This document shows, one piece after another, positions 28,618-38,868 of a DNA stretch of 64,000 nucleotides. The translations under genes were made by a program, and so were the position numbers. The DNA lies in the NCBI GenBank assembly GCA_026393975.1, contig JAPKZD010000022.1, positions 44,483 through 108,482 of the forward strand, given 5' to 3'. The DNA comes from Candidatus Aminicenantes bacterium (GTDB taxonomy: Bacteria > Acidobacteriota > Aminicenantia > Aminicenantales > Saccharicenantaceae). The number at the start of each line of letters is the position of its first letter. The stretch's first letter is position 1. A model generated the notes under the pieces. The model saw only the letters and a program-made list of their open reading frames with translations, had not been told where the DNA came from and searched no databases.

Positions 28618-30237
28618 TCAGCGCTTGAAGAGATGCACGAGCTTCTTCAGGTATTCGAGGACGGACTTCTTGTCGGCGCCCGCTTCGATGTCCCGGGCGG
28701 CCAGGTCCTTGACCTTCCGCAGTGTCTCCAGGTTCGCCCGGTTCCGGCCGCTGATGACCTCGGCGACCGCCTCGGCCAGCTGGGGGTTGCGGGCGAGGAG
28801 CGAGGCCAGGGCCGGGGCCCGGATTTCGAGGAGCTCGGCTTCCTCGTCGACGACCACGGTGGCCGTCCGCGGCAGGCCGGTGAAAAGCGACATTTCGCCG
28901 AAGATACCGCCGCGGCCGACCTCGAACGAAGTCGTATAGGTTTTCCCGCCCTCCTCGTAGACGATCTCGCCCTTGACCTTGCCGCGGGCGACGACGTAGC
29001 AGGCGTCTCCTGTTTCGCCCTGCCGGAAGAGGACCTCCCGGGCGCCGAAACGCACCCGCTCGGATTTCGCCGCCAGGTCGCGGACCTCGGCTTCCGAGAG
29101 GACCGACTGGCCGGCCCTCTCGCCCTCCTGGATGTTAAGGAACGTCGACTTCGAAAAGTCCTGGTAATTCCGTTCCCTGTCCGTGGCGATCTCGGCGATC
29201 CGGTCTTCCGATGGCCGGAGGGCGCGGAGGACGCCCCTCAGCTTGCTCTCGACGGGGACGGAGATCTCGACACCGCGCCGCCGGAGCTTGTGCCAGACGA
29301 GCCGGCCGACCTCTCCGGCGATGGCGGGTCGTTTCCCGTAGTCGGAGATCCAGAATTTCGCGACGTAGGACAATCCGAACTCATCGTAGCTCTGCAGGTA
29401 GGCGGTCGGGGCGGGTTCGGCGAGAACCCCTGTCGTCTCCCTGGCCGCCTCGACTAGCAGTCCTAGAACGACGGCCGGCGGGGCCAGGAAGTCGACCTTG
29501 ACCGGAAGAACGACGGCCGAGGCCCTGTCCGGCAGGGAGAAATTAACGATCGTCTGGGAGGCGACGACGGTGTTGGGGATGACGACGATGTTCGAGGCCC
29601 GGTCCCGGAGCCGCGTTTCCCGCCAGTTCGTGTCCACGACCTGGCCTTCCGTCTCCCCAACCTTGACCCAGTCGCCGCGGCTGAAGGATTTCGTGTAGTG
29701 GAGCGACATCCCGGAGAAGACGTTGCCGAGAACGCCCTGGAGGGCCAGGCCGAGGACGGCCGTCAGAATGGCGGAGCCGGCCAGCAGGGGAGTGATGTTG
29801 AAGCCGAGAAACCCGCGGAGGATGGCCAGGGCGGCCGCGATGTAGACGACGATCAGGAAAAACCCGTGGAGGACGAGGGGGAGGGGAAACGGCCGCCCCT
29901 TTCTCTCGTATCGCATGTGGACGAGGCCGTCGAGGAGCCGGACGAGGAGGAAGATGACGAAAAAGACGAAGGCGGCGTCGACGAACCTGAAAAATTTCGT
30001 CCCCAGCGGAAGGGCGGTCCGGAGAACCGGCAGATTGGCGAGGCCGGCGACGGCCAGGAGAGAAACCGGGAGGAGGAGCCGGGACGGCAGGCCGGGCGCG
30101 CCTTTCCCGCCGGCGGCCGCCGGCCGGACGAAAATCCGGCGGAGCAGAGCCATGACCAAGCCCGCCAGCGCGATAAAGAGGAGAGAGAAGAGGATTTGCC
30201 CGTATAGCGTCAACTCCGGAGAGAAGCTTTTCTCCAT
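28618..30237 (-). CDS. MscS-family channel with C-terminal cyclic-nucleotide-binding domain (bCNG-like)
   Basis: GLALQGVLGNVFSG, FSRGDWV, NWRET, IPN; CNB motifs LFRQGETGD..FGEMSLFTGLPRTATV. Confidence 0.9.
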   Translation of the reverse strand: MEKSFSPELTLYGQILFSLLFIALAGLVMALLRRIFVRPAAAGGKGAPGLPSRLLLPVSLLAVAGLANLPVLRTALPLGTKFFRFVDAAFVFFVIFLLVRLLDGLVHMRYERKGRPFPLPLVLHGFFLIVVYIAAALAILRGFLGFNITPLLAGSAILTAVLGLALQGVLGNVFSGMSLHYTKSFSRGDWVKVGETEGQVVDTNWRETRLRDRASNIVVIPNTVVASQTIVNFSLPDRASAVVLPVKVDFLAPPAVVLGLLVEAARETTGVLAEPAPTAYLQSYDEFGLSYVAKFWISDYGKRPAIAGEVGRLVWHKLRRRGVEISVPVESKLRGVLRALRPSEDRIAEIATDRERNYQDFSKSTFLNIQEGERAGQSVLSEAEVRDLAAKSERVRFGAREVLFRQGETGDACYVVARGKVKGEIVYEEGGKTYTTSFEVGRGGIFGEMSLFTGLPRTATVVVDEEAELLEIRAPALASLLARNPQLAEAVAEVISGRNRANLETLRKVKDLAARDIEAGADKKSVLEYLKKLVHLFKR

Positions 30238-30240
30238 GGG

Positions 30241-31059
30241 TCATTCCTTTCCGAGCTTGAGGCCCTGAGCCGCCGCGAGCGTCGCTGGAAAGTGCCCGCG
30301 TGCTTCCCCCAGGATAAGGTCTACCGCTTCGTCGGTGTGGGCGGGATTGAAATGGGCGAGGACGAGATGCCCGGCTCCGGCCCCGGCGGCGAGGGCCGTC
30401 CCGGCCAGCCAGGTCGAATGCCCCCAGCCTTTTTTCCCGGCTTCATATTCCCCGGGCGTGTACATGGCGTCGCAGACGAGATAATCCGTGCCGCGGGCGA
30501 AGGCGGCCAAGCGTTCGTCGATGCCCGCCTCCGGGTGCTCCGTGTCCGTGGCCAGGACGACGCTCGTCGCGCCGGCATCGAGCCGGTAGGCGACGCTGCC
30601 CTGGGGATGGCGAAGGCGGCAGGCGGAAACCGCGATGCCTCCGGCGAGCGGCCCCGGTTCGAATTTCCGGAATTCTTTCCTGGCCGCCGTCCGGCCGAGC
30701 CCGAGGGGGAAATAAGGGTAGGCCATCAGCCCGGCCAGGGCGCTTTCCGTCTCCCGGGCCCCGGCCGGGGAATGGACGACGAGCGCCGTCCGGGGCGAGA
30801 AGAGAGGCGCGAAATCCGGGAATCCCATGATGTGGTCGAGGTGGAAATGGGTCAGCAGGAGGTCGATACGGATGTCCCCGTTTTCTCCCTCGGCTATGAT
30901 CCGGTCGCCCAGCTCGCGGATACCCGTTCCCGCGTCGATGACGATGTACTCTCCGAGCCCGACCCGGACCGACGAACAGGTCGTGTGCCCGCCGTAGCGG
31001 GCCCAGGCGGCCCCCGGCGCCGGCGCCGTCCCGCGGACTCCCCAGAATTCGAGTTCCAT
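30241..31059 (-). CDS. MBL-fold metallo-hydrolase (putative phosphodiesterase)
   Basis: FWGVRG..YGGHTTC, DAGTG, THFHLDH (HxHxDH), HPQ, TDTE, GWGHST. Confidence 0.88.
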   Translation of the reverse strand: MELEFWGVRGTAPAPGAAWARYGGHTTCSSVRVGLGEYIVIDAGTGIRELGDRIIAEGENGDIRIDLLLTHFHLDHIMGFPDFAPLFSPRTALVVHSPAGARETESALAGLMAYPYFPLGLGRTAARKEFRKFEPGPLAGGIAVSACRLRHPQGSVAYRLDAGATSVVLATDTEHPEAGIDERLAAFARGTDYLVCDAMYTPGEYEAGKKGWGHSTWLAGTALAAGAGAGHLVLAHFNPAHTDEAVDLILGEARGHFPATLAAAQGLKLGKE

Positions 31060-31068
31060 GGCCCTATC

Positions 31069-33180
31069 CTATTTTTTATCCAGCTCGTAGACGCCGTCCC
31101 AGTCCCCGGGCGGGGGCGAGGCGGCCGACTGCCGCGCCCGGCCGGCGTAGACCGTGGCAACGGGGTCGCCGGCGATGGCTTCGAACATGGCTGCGGCCTC
31201 GGAGAAGCGTTGTATCCGGTAGGTTTCGAGGGCCCGACCGAACCGGGCCGCCTTCTCTAATTCCTCCGCTGGGACCGCGCCCTTTTCTCCGATGAGCTCG
31301 AAGACGCGGATGGGCTGTTTCTTTCCGACGACACGGATGACGTCCACTTCCCGGGCCAGGATCTCGTCCCGCACACGCCGCTCCGTTTCCTCGCCGACGA
31401 GGGTCGAAACCCCGTAGATCTTGCCGGCGCTTTCGAGCCGTGAGGCCAGGTTCATCGTATCGCCCATGGCCGTGTAGTCGAAGCGCCGCTCCGAGCCCAT
31501 GTTGCCGACGACGGCCGGGCCCGAGTTGACACCGATCCGCATCCGGACCTCGTGCCCGTAGCGGCCGCGGAAATCCTCGCGGAGCTCGGCCAGCCGTTGC
31601 CGGCAGCGGAGGGCCGCCCGGCAGGCCCGCAGGGCGTGGTCCGGCTGGTCGACGGGCGCGTTCCAGAAAGCGATGATGGCGTCGCCCTCGTACTTGTCGA
31701 GGGTGCCGCCGAGGTCGAGGATGATGTCGGTCATCTCCGAAAGGTAGGCGTTGAGGAGGCCGACGAGGTCCTCGGGCGAAAGTCCTTCGGAGATCGAAGT
31801 GAACCCGGCGACGTCGGAGAAAAAGGCGGTGATCTCCCGCCTCTCGCCGCCGAGCCGGAGGAGGGACGGATCGGCCAGGACGCGGTCGATGACCAGCGGG
31901 CTCAGGTAATAACGGAAGGCGTTCTTGATGAAGCGGCGCTGGCGCCCTTCGATGCCGTAGTTGAGGAGCGAGGCGGCGATGAACGTCATGACGGCGGCGA
32001 AAGCCGGGGCGACAAACTCGGCCCAGAAGCCCGCCCGGACGGCCAGGAGGGAGCCGACCGCGGCCAGGCCCGGCAGGGCCAGACCGAGGGCCGCCAGGTG
32101 CCGGATTTTTTTCAGCATCGTCGTTCCGATGCCGGCGAGGAGGGCCAGGAAGAGGACCGAAATCCAGGTGACGGCCGGCGGAGTTTCACGGACAAACGTC
32201 TTGCCGACGAGGTTGTCGAGGGCCGTGGCCAGGATCTCCATCCCCGGATAGACGCCGCCGAAGGGCGTCGGGCGGAAGTCAAGCAGTCCGGCCGCCGTCG
32301 TCCCGACGATGACGGTCTTGCCGGCGAATTCCCGGGGCTGAACCTGGGGCTCGAGGCCTTCTTCGATGCGGGCCTGGGAATTGATGATCGCGCCGATCGA
32401 GTAGGTTTTATACGTCCCGCTCGGGCCGAAAAAGTGGAGGATCATGTTTCCCGAACGGTCCAAGGGGACTTTGTGGAGGTCCACCCCGGTGGAGATGAAT
32501 TCGGCCATGGCCAGGGGCAAGGCCGGAAGGAGCCAATCCCCGTAGCGAAAGACGAGCGGCAGCCGCCTGTAGACGGAATCACCGTCCGGGACGAACTGGA
32601 CGTTGCCCATCTTCACGGCGGCCGCAGCCAGGATGTCGACCGGCAGGGAAACGGACTTGAGGGCGTGGGCGGCCGGTCCGGGGATTCGGCTCCTGTCCAT
32701 GACCGATTTTTCGAGGAGCCGCGTCTCTCCCTCGTCTTGTTCCCGCTCATCGGCGCTCAGGAAAATGGGCAGGAAGACGTTTCCCGCGCGGGTCATGGCC
32801 TCGGCCAGGAGCCGGTCGTCGTCGACGCCGTAGGTCGAATCCTCCGTCAGTATGAGGTCGAGAAAGACCGCCTTGGCCCCGCCTGCCTTCAGGAAGTCGA
32901 GGACGCCGGCGTAGATCTGCCGCGGCCAGGGCCAGCCGAGGCCCTGCTCTTTTTCATAGACGTCCAGGCTGTACTGGTCGACGGCCATCAGCACGATGTC
33001 TTTGGAGGCCTGTTCCGGGGCGGCGAGAAGATGGAGGCGCGCGTCCCATGACTTCCACTCCAGGGGCGGGAAGACCTTCAGGAGGCCCAGGAGTAAGGTG
33101 AGGGCGAAAACGGCCAAGCCGACCGCCAGGCCTCGAAGAGCTTTCTTGCGGGCCGGAGATTTCGTCTTTTCGTTCGGCAT
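31069..33180 (-). CDS. CHASE2-domain class III adenylate cyclase
   Basis: CHASE2 (WPWPR, DGDSVYRR, PGMEI), TM helices, FSDVAGFT, DKYEGD, YTAMGDTMNLASRLE. Confidence 0.93.
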   Translation of the reverse strand: MPNEKTKSPARKKALRGLAVGLAVFALTLLLGLLKVFPPLEWKSWDARLHLLAAPEQASKDIVLMAVDQYSLDVYEKEQGLGWPWPRQIYAGVLDFLKAGGAKAVFLDLILTEDSTYGVDDDRLLAEAMTRAGNVFLPIFLSADEREQDEGETRLLEKSVMDRSRIPGPAAHALKSVSLPVDILAAAAVKMGNVQFVPDGDSVYRRLPLVFRYGDWLLPALPLAMAEFISTGVDLHKVPLDRSGNMILHFFGPSGTYKTYSIGAIINSQARIEEGLEPQVQPREFAGKTVIVGTTAAGLLDFRPTPFGGVYPGMEILATALDNLVGKTFVRETPPAVTWISVLFLALLAGIGTTMLKKIRHLAALGLALPGLAAVGSLLAVRAGFWAEFVAPAFAAVMTFIAASLLNYGIEGRQRRFIKNAFRYYLSPLVIDRVLADPSLLRLGGERREITAFFSDVAGFTSISEGLSPEDLVGLLNAYLSEMTDIILDLGGTLDKYEGDAIIAFWNAPVDQPDHALRACRAALRCRQRLAELREDFRGRYGHEVRMRIGVNSGPAVVGNMGSERRFDYTAMGDTMNLASRLESAGKIYGVSTLVGEETERRVRDEILAREVDVIRVVGKKQPIRVFELIGEKGAVPAEELEKAARFGRALETYRIQRFSEAAAMFEAIAGDPVATVYAGRARQSAASPPPGDWDGVYELDKK

Positions 33181-33240
33181 GATCCGTTCACATCACCATC
33201 GGGCGCGAAAACGTCGGAGCCCGGCAAGCCTGTGGCCCGG

Positions 33241-34158
33241 TCAACGCAGGTTCTTGACGGCTTCGGCGAACCGGGCCGTCCGGACGTCGAGCCTTGCGGG
33301 CACGGCGCCCAGGGCTGCGGTCTCGGTCTTCACCCTGGCCAGCCGGTCGGCCGGGCTCGGGTGCGTCTTGAACCAGCCCGCCGCCGTGCCGGAAGGCTTG
33401 TGTTCCTCCATGCCCACGAGAAATTCGGCCAGCCCGCCGGGCGAGTAGCCCGTCCGAACGGTGAAGGACAGGGCCAGCTTGTCGGCCTCGTACTCGAACT
33501 TGCGGTCATAGCCCCGCTCGACCAGGGTCTCGACGACGTCGCCGAGGACGCCCTCGAAGATGCCGGTAACCTTGGCCAGTTCCTCGGAGTTGAACTGCCG
33601 GGAGGCCTCGCTGCCGATGACCTTGAAAGCGTCCAGGAGGCGCGACTTCTTGATGGATTGGAGCCCGTGCCGCTCGGCGACGTGGCCGATCTCGTGGGCC
33701 AGGATGGCGGCCAGCGTTTCCTCGTCGCCGCAGCGGTTGACCAGGCCCTTGGTGACGAAGATGAATCCCCCGGGCGCGGCCATGGCGTTGACCTCGTCGG
33801 TGTCGAGGACGAGGAAATGATAGCCCCCGTATGTTTCGGGTCGGTCGGAGTTGTAGGCGAGGACCGTTCCCATGACATTGACGTAGGCGTTCAGGGCCTC
33901 GTTCCGGTAGGGCGTGTACTTCGAGAGGATGAGGGCGGCCGTGGCCCGGCCGATGTAGTATTCCTCTTCTTCGGTGATCTCGGCGAAGGTCGAGCGCACG
34001 GCCTCGGCGGTCCGGACCAGGGACTGGGCGTCCTCCCGGCTGACCTTGCCCGTCGAGGCGATGATGCCCGCGGCGCCCTGCTTGATGGCCTGACAGCCGG
34101 CCAGGGCGAGTGTCGCGGCGAGCGCGGCCGCCGCGAGGGCCTTCGTCCGGGCGCTCAT
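33241..34158 (-). CDS. M48 family zinc metalloprotease lipoprotein
   Basis: Lipobox LAGC; NAMAAPGG; HEIGH; EYEAD; THP. Confidence 0.9.
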   Translation of the reverse strand: MSARTKALAAAALAATLALAGCQAIKQGAAGIIASTGKVSREDAQSLVRTAEAVRSTFAEITEEEEYYIGRATAALILSKYTPYRNEALNAYVNVMGTVLAYNSDRPETYGGYHFLVLDTDEVNAMAAPGGFIFVTKGLVNRCGDEETLAAILAHEIGHVAERHGLQSIKKSRLLDAFKVIGSEASRQFNSEELAKVTGIFEGVLGDVVETLVERGYDRKFEYEADKLALSFTVRTGYSPGGLAEFLVGMEEHKPSGTAAGWFKTHPSPADRLARVKTETAALGAVPARLDVRTARFAEAVKNLR

Positions 34159-34640
34159 CGGGCACCTCCGTATTCGCCGAGCTTGCCCTGTTTCAGGAAG
34201 GCATCGACCTCGGCCGCCGAGGGTTTGACCTTTTCCATAGCGTCGACGGCGGCGAAATCGGCGGCCGCGTTCCCGGCCCGGTACTTGTCCTCGACCTGCT
34301 TGTTGAAGCCCTTGGCGGCCAGGGCGACCTCGCCCGCGGAGGCCTGTGTTTTCATGGTCTTATCCATGGCCAGGAGATCGAGTTTCTTGGTTTCCACGGC
34401 TGTCGAGTGGAGCCACCCGACGACCCCGGCCTTCGTCCTGACCTTGACCCAGCCGTCGCGGGCTTCGAGCTTCTCCATCGTGTCCCCGGCCTTGATGGCG
34501 GCGACCGCGGGAGAGGTGAACTTGGGATCGCGCCTGATGCTTGTCGTCTTGATCTTGACGACGACGGTCTCGGCCAGAAGAAAGACGAAGACGACGAGAA
34601 CCGTCGCGATGAGAAACGTCAACCGAGCGGGCTTTTTCAT
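34155..34640 (-). CDS. Secreted bacterial SH3-domain protein
   Basis: Signal/TM; IRRDP..GD..GWVKVRT..GWL; ATGA-coupled to M48 gene. Confidence 0.8.
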   Translation of the reverse strand: MKKPARLTFLIATVLVVFVFLLAETVVVKIKTTSIRRDPKFTSPAVAAIKAGDTMEKLEARDGWVKVRTKAGVVGWLHSTAVETKKLDLLAMDKTMKTQASAGEVALAAKGFNKQVEDKYRAGNAAADFAAVDAMEKVKPSAAEVDAFLKQGKLGEYGGAR

Positions 34641-34667
34641 CCGAACCTCCTTTACGCGTTGAGTCGT

Positions 34668-34696
34668 ATCATATTACTTCTTCATGTCCCTATCAA
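34668..34696 (-). promoter_or_regulatory. sigma70 promoter for SH3-M48-cyclase cassette
   Basis: TTGATA-17 bp-TATGAT overlapping the upstream gene end; AAGGAGG RBS. Confidence 0.55.
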
Positions 34697-35663
34697 AAGC
34701 CACATTGGACGGCGAGAAGTTCGTCGCGCGGACGAAGTCGAGGGCTTCCTGGGCGCCGAAATCGCGGTCCATGGCGTTGTCCTCCCACTCGACCGAGAGG
34801 GGGCCGTCGTAGCCGACGGCGTTGAGCTCGCGGATGACGGCCTCGAAGTCGACGTCGCCGTGGCCGAGCGAGCGAAAGTTCCAGCCGCGGCGGACGTCGC
34901 CGAAGGGCAGGAACGAACCGAGGATGCCGGCCTTCCCATCGAGGGTCACGGCCACGTCCTTCATGTGGACGTGGTAGATGCGGTCGGCGAACTCGCGGAT
35001 GAAGAGGTGCGGCTCCATGCCCTGCCAGACGAGGTGGCTCGGGTCGAAGTTGAGGCCGAGGGTCAACCGGCAGTTGAAGACGTCGAGCAGGCGCCTCGTC
35101 GTGTAGACGTCGAAGGCGATCTCGGTCGGATGGACCTCGAGGGCGAACTTGACGCCCTGCTCGTCGAACTCGTCGAGGATGGGCGTCCAGAGGCCGAGGA
35201 TCCTCTGGAACCCCGCCTCGACCATCTCCTCGGTCGTCGACGGGAAGGAATACCAGGCCTTCCAGATGGGCGAGCCCATGAACCCGTTGACGACGTAACA
35301 GCCCATGTTGCGGGCGGCCCGGGCCGCGGCCTTCATCTCCTCGACGGCCCACTTGCGCAGGGCTTCCGGTTTGCCTTTGACGACATCGGGGGCGAAACCG
35401 TCGAGCCGGGGGTCGTATTCGTCGCCGACGCACTGGCCGGCCAGGTGCGCGCCGAGGGCCCAGCACTTGAGGCCGTGCTTCTCGAGGACGCGCTTCTTCT
35501 CGCGGACATAGGCCGGATCGGCCGCGGCCTTGCGGACGTCCATGTGGTCGCCCCAGCAGGCGATCTCCAAGCCGTCGTAGCCCCAGGCGCCCGCCTTCTT
35601 GCAGATATCTTCGAAGGGCAGGTCGGCCCACTGGCCGGTGAATAAGGTTACAGGTCTGGCCAT
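34674..35663 (-). CDS. Sugar phosphate isomerase/epimerase (AP_endonuc_2 TIM barrel; possible 3-keto-glycoside lyase)
   Basis: TLFTGQWADL, GYDGLEIACWG, ALEVHP, NFDPSH, HVHMKD, SVEWED. Confidence 0.88.
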   Translation of the reverse strand: MARPVTLFTGQWADLPFEDICKKAGAWGYDGLEIACWGDHMDVRKAAADPAYVREKKRVLEKHGLKCWALGAHLAGQCVGDEYDPRLDGFAPDVVKGKPEALRKWAVEEMKAAARAARNMGCYVVNGFMGSPIWKAWYSFPSTTEEMVEAGFQRILGLWTPILDEFDEQGVKFALEVHPTEIAFDVYTTRRLLDVFNCRLTLGLNFDPSHLVWQGMEPHLFIREFADRIYHVHMKDVAVTLDGKAGILGSFLPFGDVRRGWNFRSLGHGDVDFEAVIRELNAVGYDGPLSVEWEDNAMDRDFGAQEALDFVRATNFSPSNVAFDRDMKK

Positions 35664-35685
35664 AGATCCCTCCTACTTCCTTGAG

Positions 35686-36864
35686 TCATGTCCCCATGTC
35701 CAGCCAAATCGCGCCTTTTGCCGAGCTTTCCACACATTTCTCGATGTATTTGACGCCTTGGACTCCTTCCTCGACGCCGGGGAAGTCGAGGTCGTCGGCC
35801 GTGAGCGCCTCTCCCCGGAGCTTCTTGGCCAGGGCCGTGATGAAGGTCGAGTAGATGTTGGCGAATCCTACGAAATAACCTTCGGGGTGGCCCGACGGAA
35901 GACGTGACAGGCTCTGGGTCCGGGCCGACATCGGGTCGCGGCCGCGGGAGAGCGTTGCGCTCGGCCGGTCAAGGAAGGAGACCCGGGCGGTGTTCGGCGT
36001 TTCCTGGAACCATTCGAACGCGCCTTTGGTCCCGTATATCCGGAGGCGCAGGGCGTTGTCGTGGCCGGGGGCGACCTGGGAGCTCCAGTAAACGCCCCTG
36101 GCCCCGCCCTTGTAGTTGACCATGACCGTGGCGTTGTCGTCGAGGGGCCGGCCGGGGCCGAATTTATCCAGGCGGGCGCAGAGCGATTCGATGACGAGGC
36201 CGGTCATGTGGCCGGCCATGAACGCGATGTGACTGCCGATGTCGCCGACGCAGTTGGAGATCCCGGCGAGCGCCGGGTCGGTCCGCCAGGCGGCCTGTTT
36301 CTGGCCGGTGTCCTCGAGCTTCGTCGCCAGCCACTCCTGCGGGTATTCGCCGTTGACGAAGCGGATCTCGCCGATCTCGCCCCGCGCGATCGAGTCGCGG
36401 ATATGCTTGACCATGGGATAGCCCGAGTAAGCGTAGGTGACGCAGAAGAGAAGGTCCTTCTGGAGGACGAGACGGGCCAGGTCCGCGGCGTCGCGGGAGT
36501 TCGTGGCCAGCGGCTTTTCGCAGACGACGGCGAAGCCGTGCTCGAGGGCCAGCTTGGCTGCGGCGTAATGAGTGCTGTTGGGGGTGACGATGCTGATGAA
36601 GTGCGGCCGGTCCGGGCGTCCCGCCTCTGTCTTGATCATCTCTTCGAAGGTCCGGTAGAGGCGCTCCTGGGGAAGCCCGAGGGTGTCCCCCGTGGTCAGT
36701 GTATTATCGTGGCTTTGGGAGAAGGCGCCGCAGACGAGCTCTGCCTTGCCGTCCATGGCGACGGCCTTGCGGTGGACGTCGCCGATGAAGGCGCCTTGGC
36801 CGCCGCCGATCATGCCGTAGCGGAGCTTCGGCGTTCTTTCTCCCGAGGCCTGTCCTTCGATCAT
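35686..36864 (-). CDS. Cytoplasmic Gfo/Idh/MocA oxidoreductase
   Basis: GMIGGGQGAFIG, TPN..H, CEKP, WRTDP, GDIGSH, GHPEG; no Tat motif. Confidence 0.92.
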   Translation of the reverse strand: MIEGQASGERTPKLRYGMIGGGQGAFIGDVHRKAVAMDGKAELVCGAFSQSHDNTLTTGDTLGLPQERLYRTFEEMIKTEAGRPDRPHFISIVTPNSTHYAAAKLALEHGFAVVCEKPLATNSRDAADLARLVLQKDLLFCVTYAYSGYPMVKHIRDSIARGEIGEIRFVNGEYPQEWLATKLEDTGQKQAAWRTDPALAGISNCVGDIGSHIAFMAGHMTGLVIESLCARLDKFGPGRPLDDNATVMVNYKGGARGVYWSSQVAPGHDNALRLRIYGTKGAFEWFQETPNTARVSFLDRPSATLSRGRDPMSARTQSLSRLPSGHPEGYFVGFANIYSTFITALAKKLRGEALTADDLDFPGVEEGVQGVKYIEKCVESSAKGAIWLDMGT

Positions 36865-36880
36865 GGCCGGCCCACCTTTT

Positions 36881-38857
36881 TTACTTCGCCCCGAGTGCTT
36901 GGCGGATGCGGCCGGCGGCGAGCTTGGCCTCTTCGGCGAGAGCGGCGTCGGATTGGAGCGACTCGGCCGTCTTCAGCGCCGTGACGCAAGGGAAGCGGAC
37001 GAGCATCGCCAGGACGAGCTTTTTTTCCTCCGAACGCGGAGATAGGGATAGGATCTTGAGAAGATCGGCGGCGGCCCCCTCGGGCCCTCGATACGGCTCG
37101 AGGCCGACCATGCGGATGAAGGCGCGGATGGCCAGGACGCGGTGGCTGAGGACGAGCGAGGTCCGGGCGACCTCGTAGACGTCGTCCCGAGCAGCCGGGG
37201 TCGGCCAATCGACGAGGCCGCGGACAGCCGCGTCGACCACGGTCTCGTCCGGGTCCGCGAGGGCGGCCCGGATCTGGGCCAGGCTGGTGTCGTCGCCGAT
37301 CTTGCCCAGGACGCGGAGGAGGTCCGCCTTTTTCTTAGGGTCTTTTTCCGAGGCCAGGAGGTCCTTGACGGCCCCGGCGCGGCTGAGTTCCCTCGGGTTG
37401 GTGCGAGCGACCGCGGCGACGGTGTCCCGCATCGACTCACGGGCGGTTTCGTCTTCGAGGCCGAGAAGCAGGCCGAGGAGGTCGGGAATGTCCGCCGTCC
37501 CGGCGATATCGCGGAGCGCGGCCGCCGCCTTGGCCTTGAGCATAGGCGAAGCGGACTTGACCATGTCCATGAGCGCGGGCTTGGCGCCGGTGATGCGGCG
37601 CTCGCCCGCCGCCTGGACGAGCTCGGCCTTGACCGCGTCGTCGGACGTCTTGGGGATATAGGCCAGGATCGCGGCGTCGACCTCGGCGCCCTTGAGCCGG
37701 GCCAGCGTCTCCCGCGCGGCGTCCTGCTCGGCGCCGGACGCCCTGGCGGCCTTGGTCGACAGGAACGCGACCGACTTCGCGTCGCCGGCCTTGCCGATGG
37801 ACCGGAGCGCGGCCAGTCTCACGTCGAGTGACGCATTTTCCGCGGCCGAGAGGAGGTAAGGGCCGACGACGTCGGCGGGATAGCCGGCGAAGACAGCCAT
37901 GAGCTGGACCCGGGCCTCGACGGGAAGCCGATCGAAAGAATCGGCCACCTTCCCGATCTCCCCCGGCCCGAAATTCGCCGGGACCATGGCGATCGCCGGG
38001 GCGAAGAGGACGGCGTCCTTGCCGGCGAGAGCTTTCAAGATGAGGTCTTTCCCGCCGCCTCCGCCCGCCGCTTCGATCCTCCCCTTGAACGCGGCCTGCC
38101 GCATGACCGGGGGAAGATCCGCGGCGAAGAGCTTGTCGTAAATGGCCGCCGCCCCCGGGTCATTTTCGGCCGCGAGGAGAAGGGCTGATGCCGCTTCGAG
38201 CTTGAGCGGTGGGCCGGCCTTGCCGAGCGTCGCAACGAGCGCGCGGACGGCTTCGGGGCCGCCGACCTTGCCCAGGGCCTTGACGGCGTCCGCGGCCGAC
38301 GAGAGGTCCTTGCCGCCGGCCAGACGCTCGAGCGCCGGGACCGCCGCGGCCGACTTTCGCTCCCCGAGCGAGAAGACGATACCCCGCCGGACGTCGCCCT
38401 GGGATTTGTCCAACGCGGAGATGAGCGCCTGGTCGGCCTCGTTGCCCGGGATCCTCTCGAGAGCGAAGCGGGCCGCGTCCGTCGTCTCCGGCTTGAGGAC
38501 GAGCGCCGCGAGAGCGGGCACCGAATCCGGGCCGCCGATGAGCCGCAGCGCCCGGCAGGCCGCCATCAGCCCGCCCGGCGCGGGCGAGCCCTGGATGAAG
38601 CGGAGCAACCCGGCCGCGGTTTCCCGGCGGGCCTGAGGGTCGTCCTTATGCGAGAAGACATAGGCCCGGAGCCGCGTCAGCGCCCCGACGCCTTGGGCGA
38701 AGTCGTAAGACTGGAGGTCTTTGAGGATGGTCTCGAGCGATTCGGAGGGCGCCCCGGCCGTCGCCGTCTGCGGGCCGGCCGCGGCGGCGGCCGCGATCCC
38801 CAGAAACGCGAAAAGGAGGAGGGCCGAGAACGCGATCTGTTTCTTTCTCTTTATCAT
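36881..38857 (-). CDS. Secreted HEAT/PBS-like repeat protein
   Basis: Signal peptide; repeated AxxALGxIGG/VPAL helices. Confidence 0.85.
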   Translation of the reverse strand: MIKRKKQIAFSALLLFAFLGIAAAAAAGPQTATAGAPSESLETILKDLQSYDFAQGVGALTRLRAYVFSHKDDPQARRETAAGLLRFIQGSPAPGGLMAACRALRLIGGPDSVPALAALVLKPETTDAARFALERIPGNEADQALISALDKSQGDVRRGIVFSLGERKSAAAVPALERLAGGKDLSSAADAVKALGKVGGPEAVRALVATLGKAGPPLKLEAASALLLAAENDPGAAAIYDKLFAADLPPVMRQAAFKGRIEAAGGGGGKDLILKALAGKDAVLFAPAIAMVPANFGPGEIGKVADSFDRLPVEARVQLMAVFAGYPADVVGPYLLSAAENASLDVRLAALRSIGKAGDAKSVAFLSTKAARASGAEQDAARETLARLKGAEVDAAILAYIPKTSDDAVKAELVQAAGERRITGAKPALMDMVKSASPMLKAKAAAALRDIAGTADIPDLLGLLLGLEDETARESMRDTVAAVARTNPRELSRAGAVKDLLASEKDPKKKADLLRVLGKIGDDTSLAQIRAALADPDETVVDAAVRGLVDWPTPAARDDVYEVARTSLVLSHRVLAIRAFIRMVGLEPYRGPEGAAADLLKILSLSPRSEEKKLVLAMLVRFPCVTALKTAESLQSDAALAEEAKLAAGRIRQALGAK

Positions 38858-38868
38858 TTTCGGCCTCC

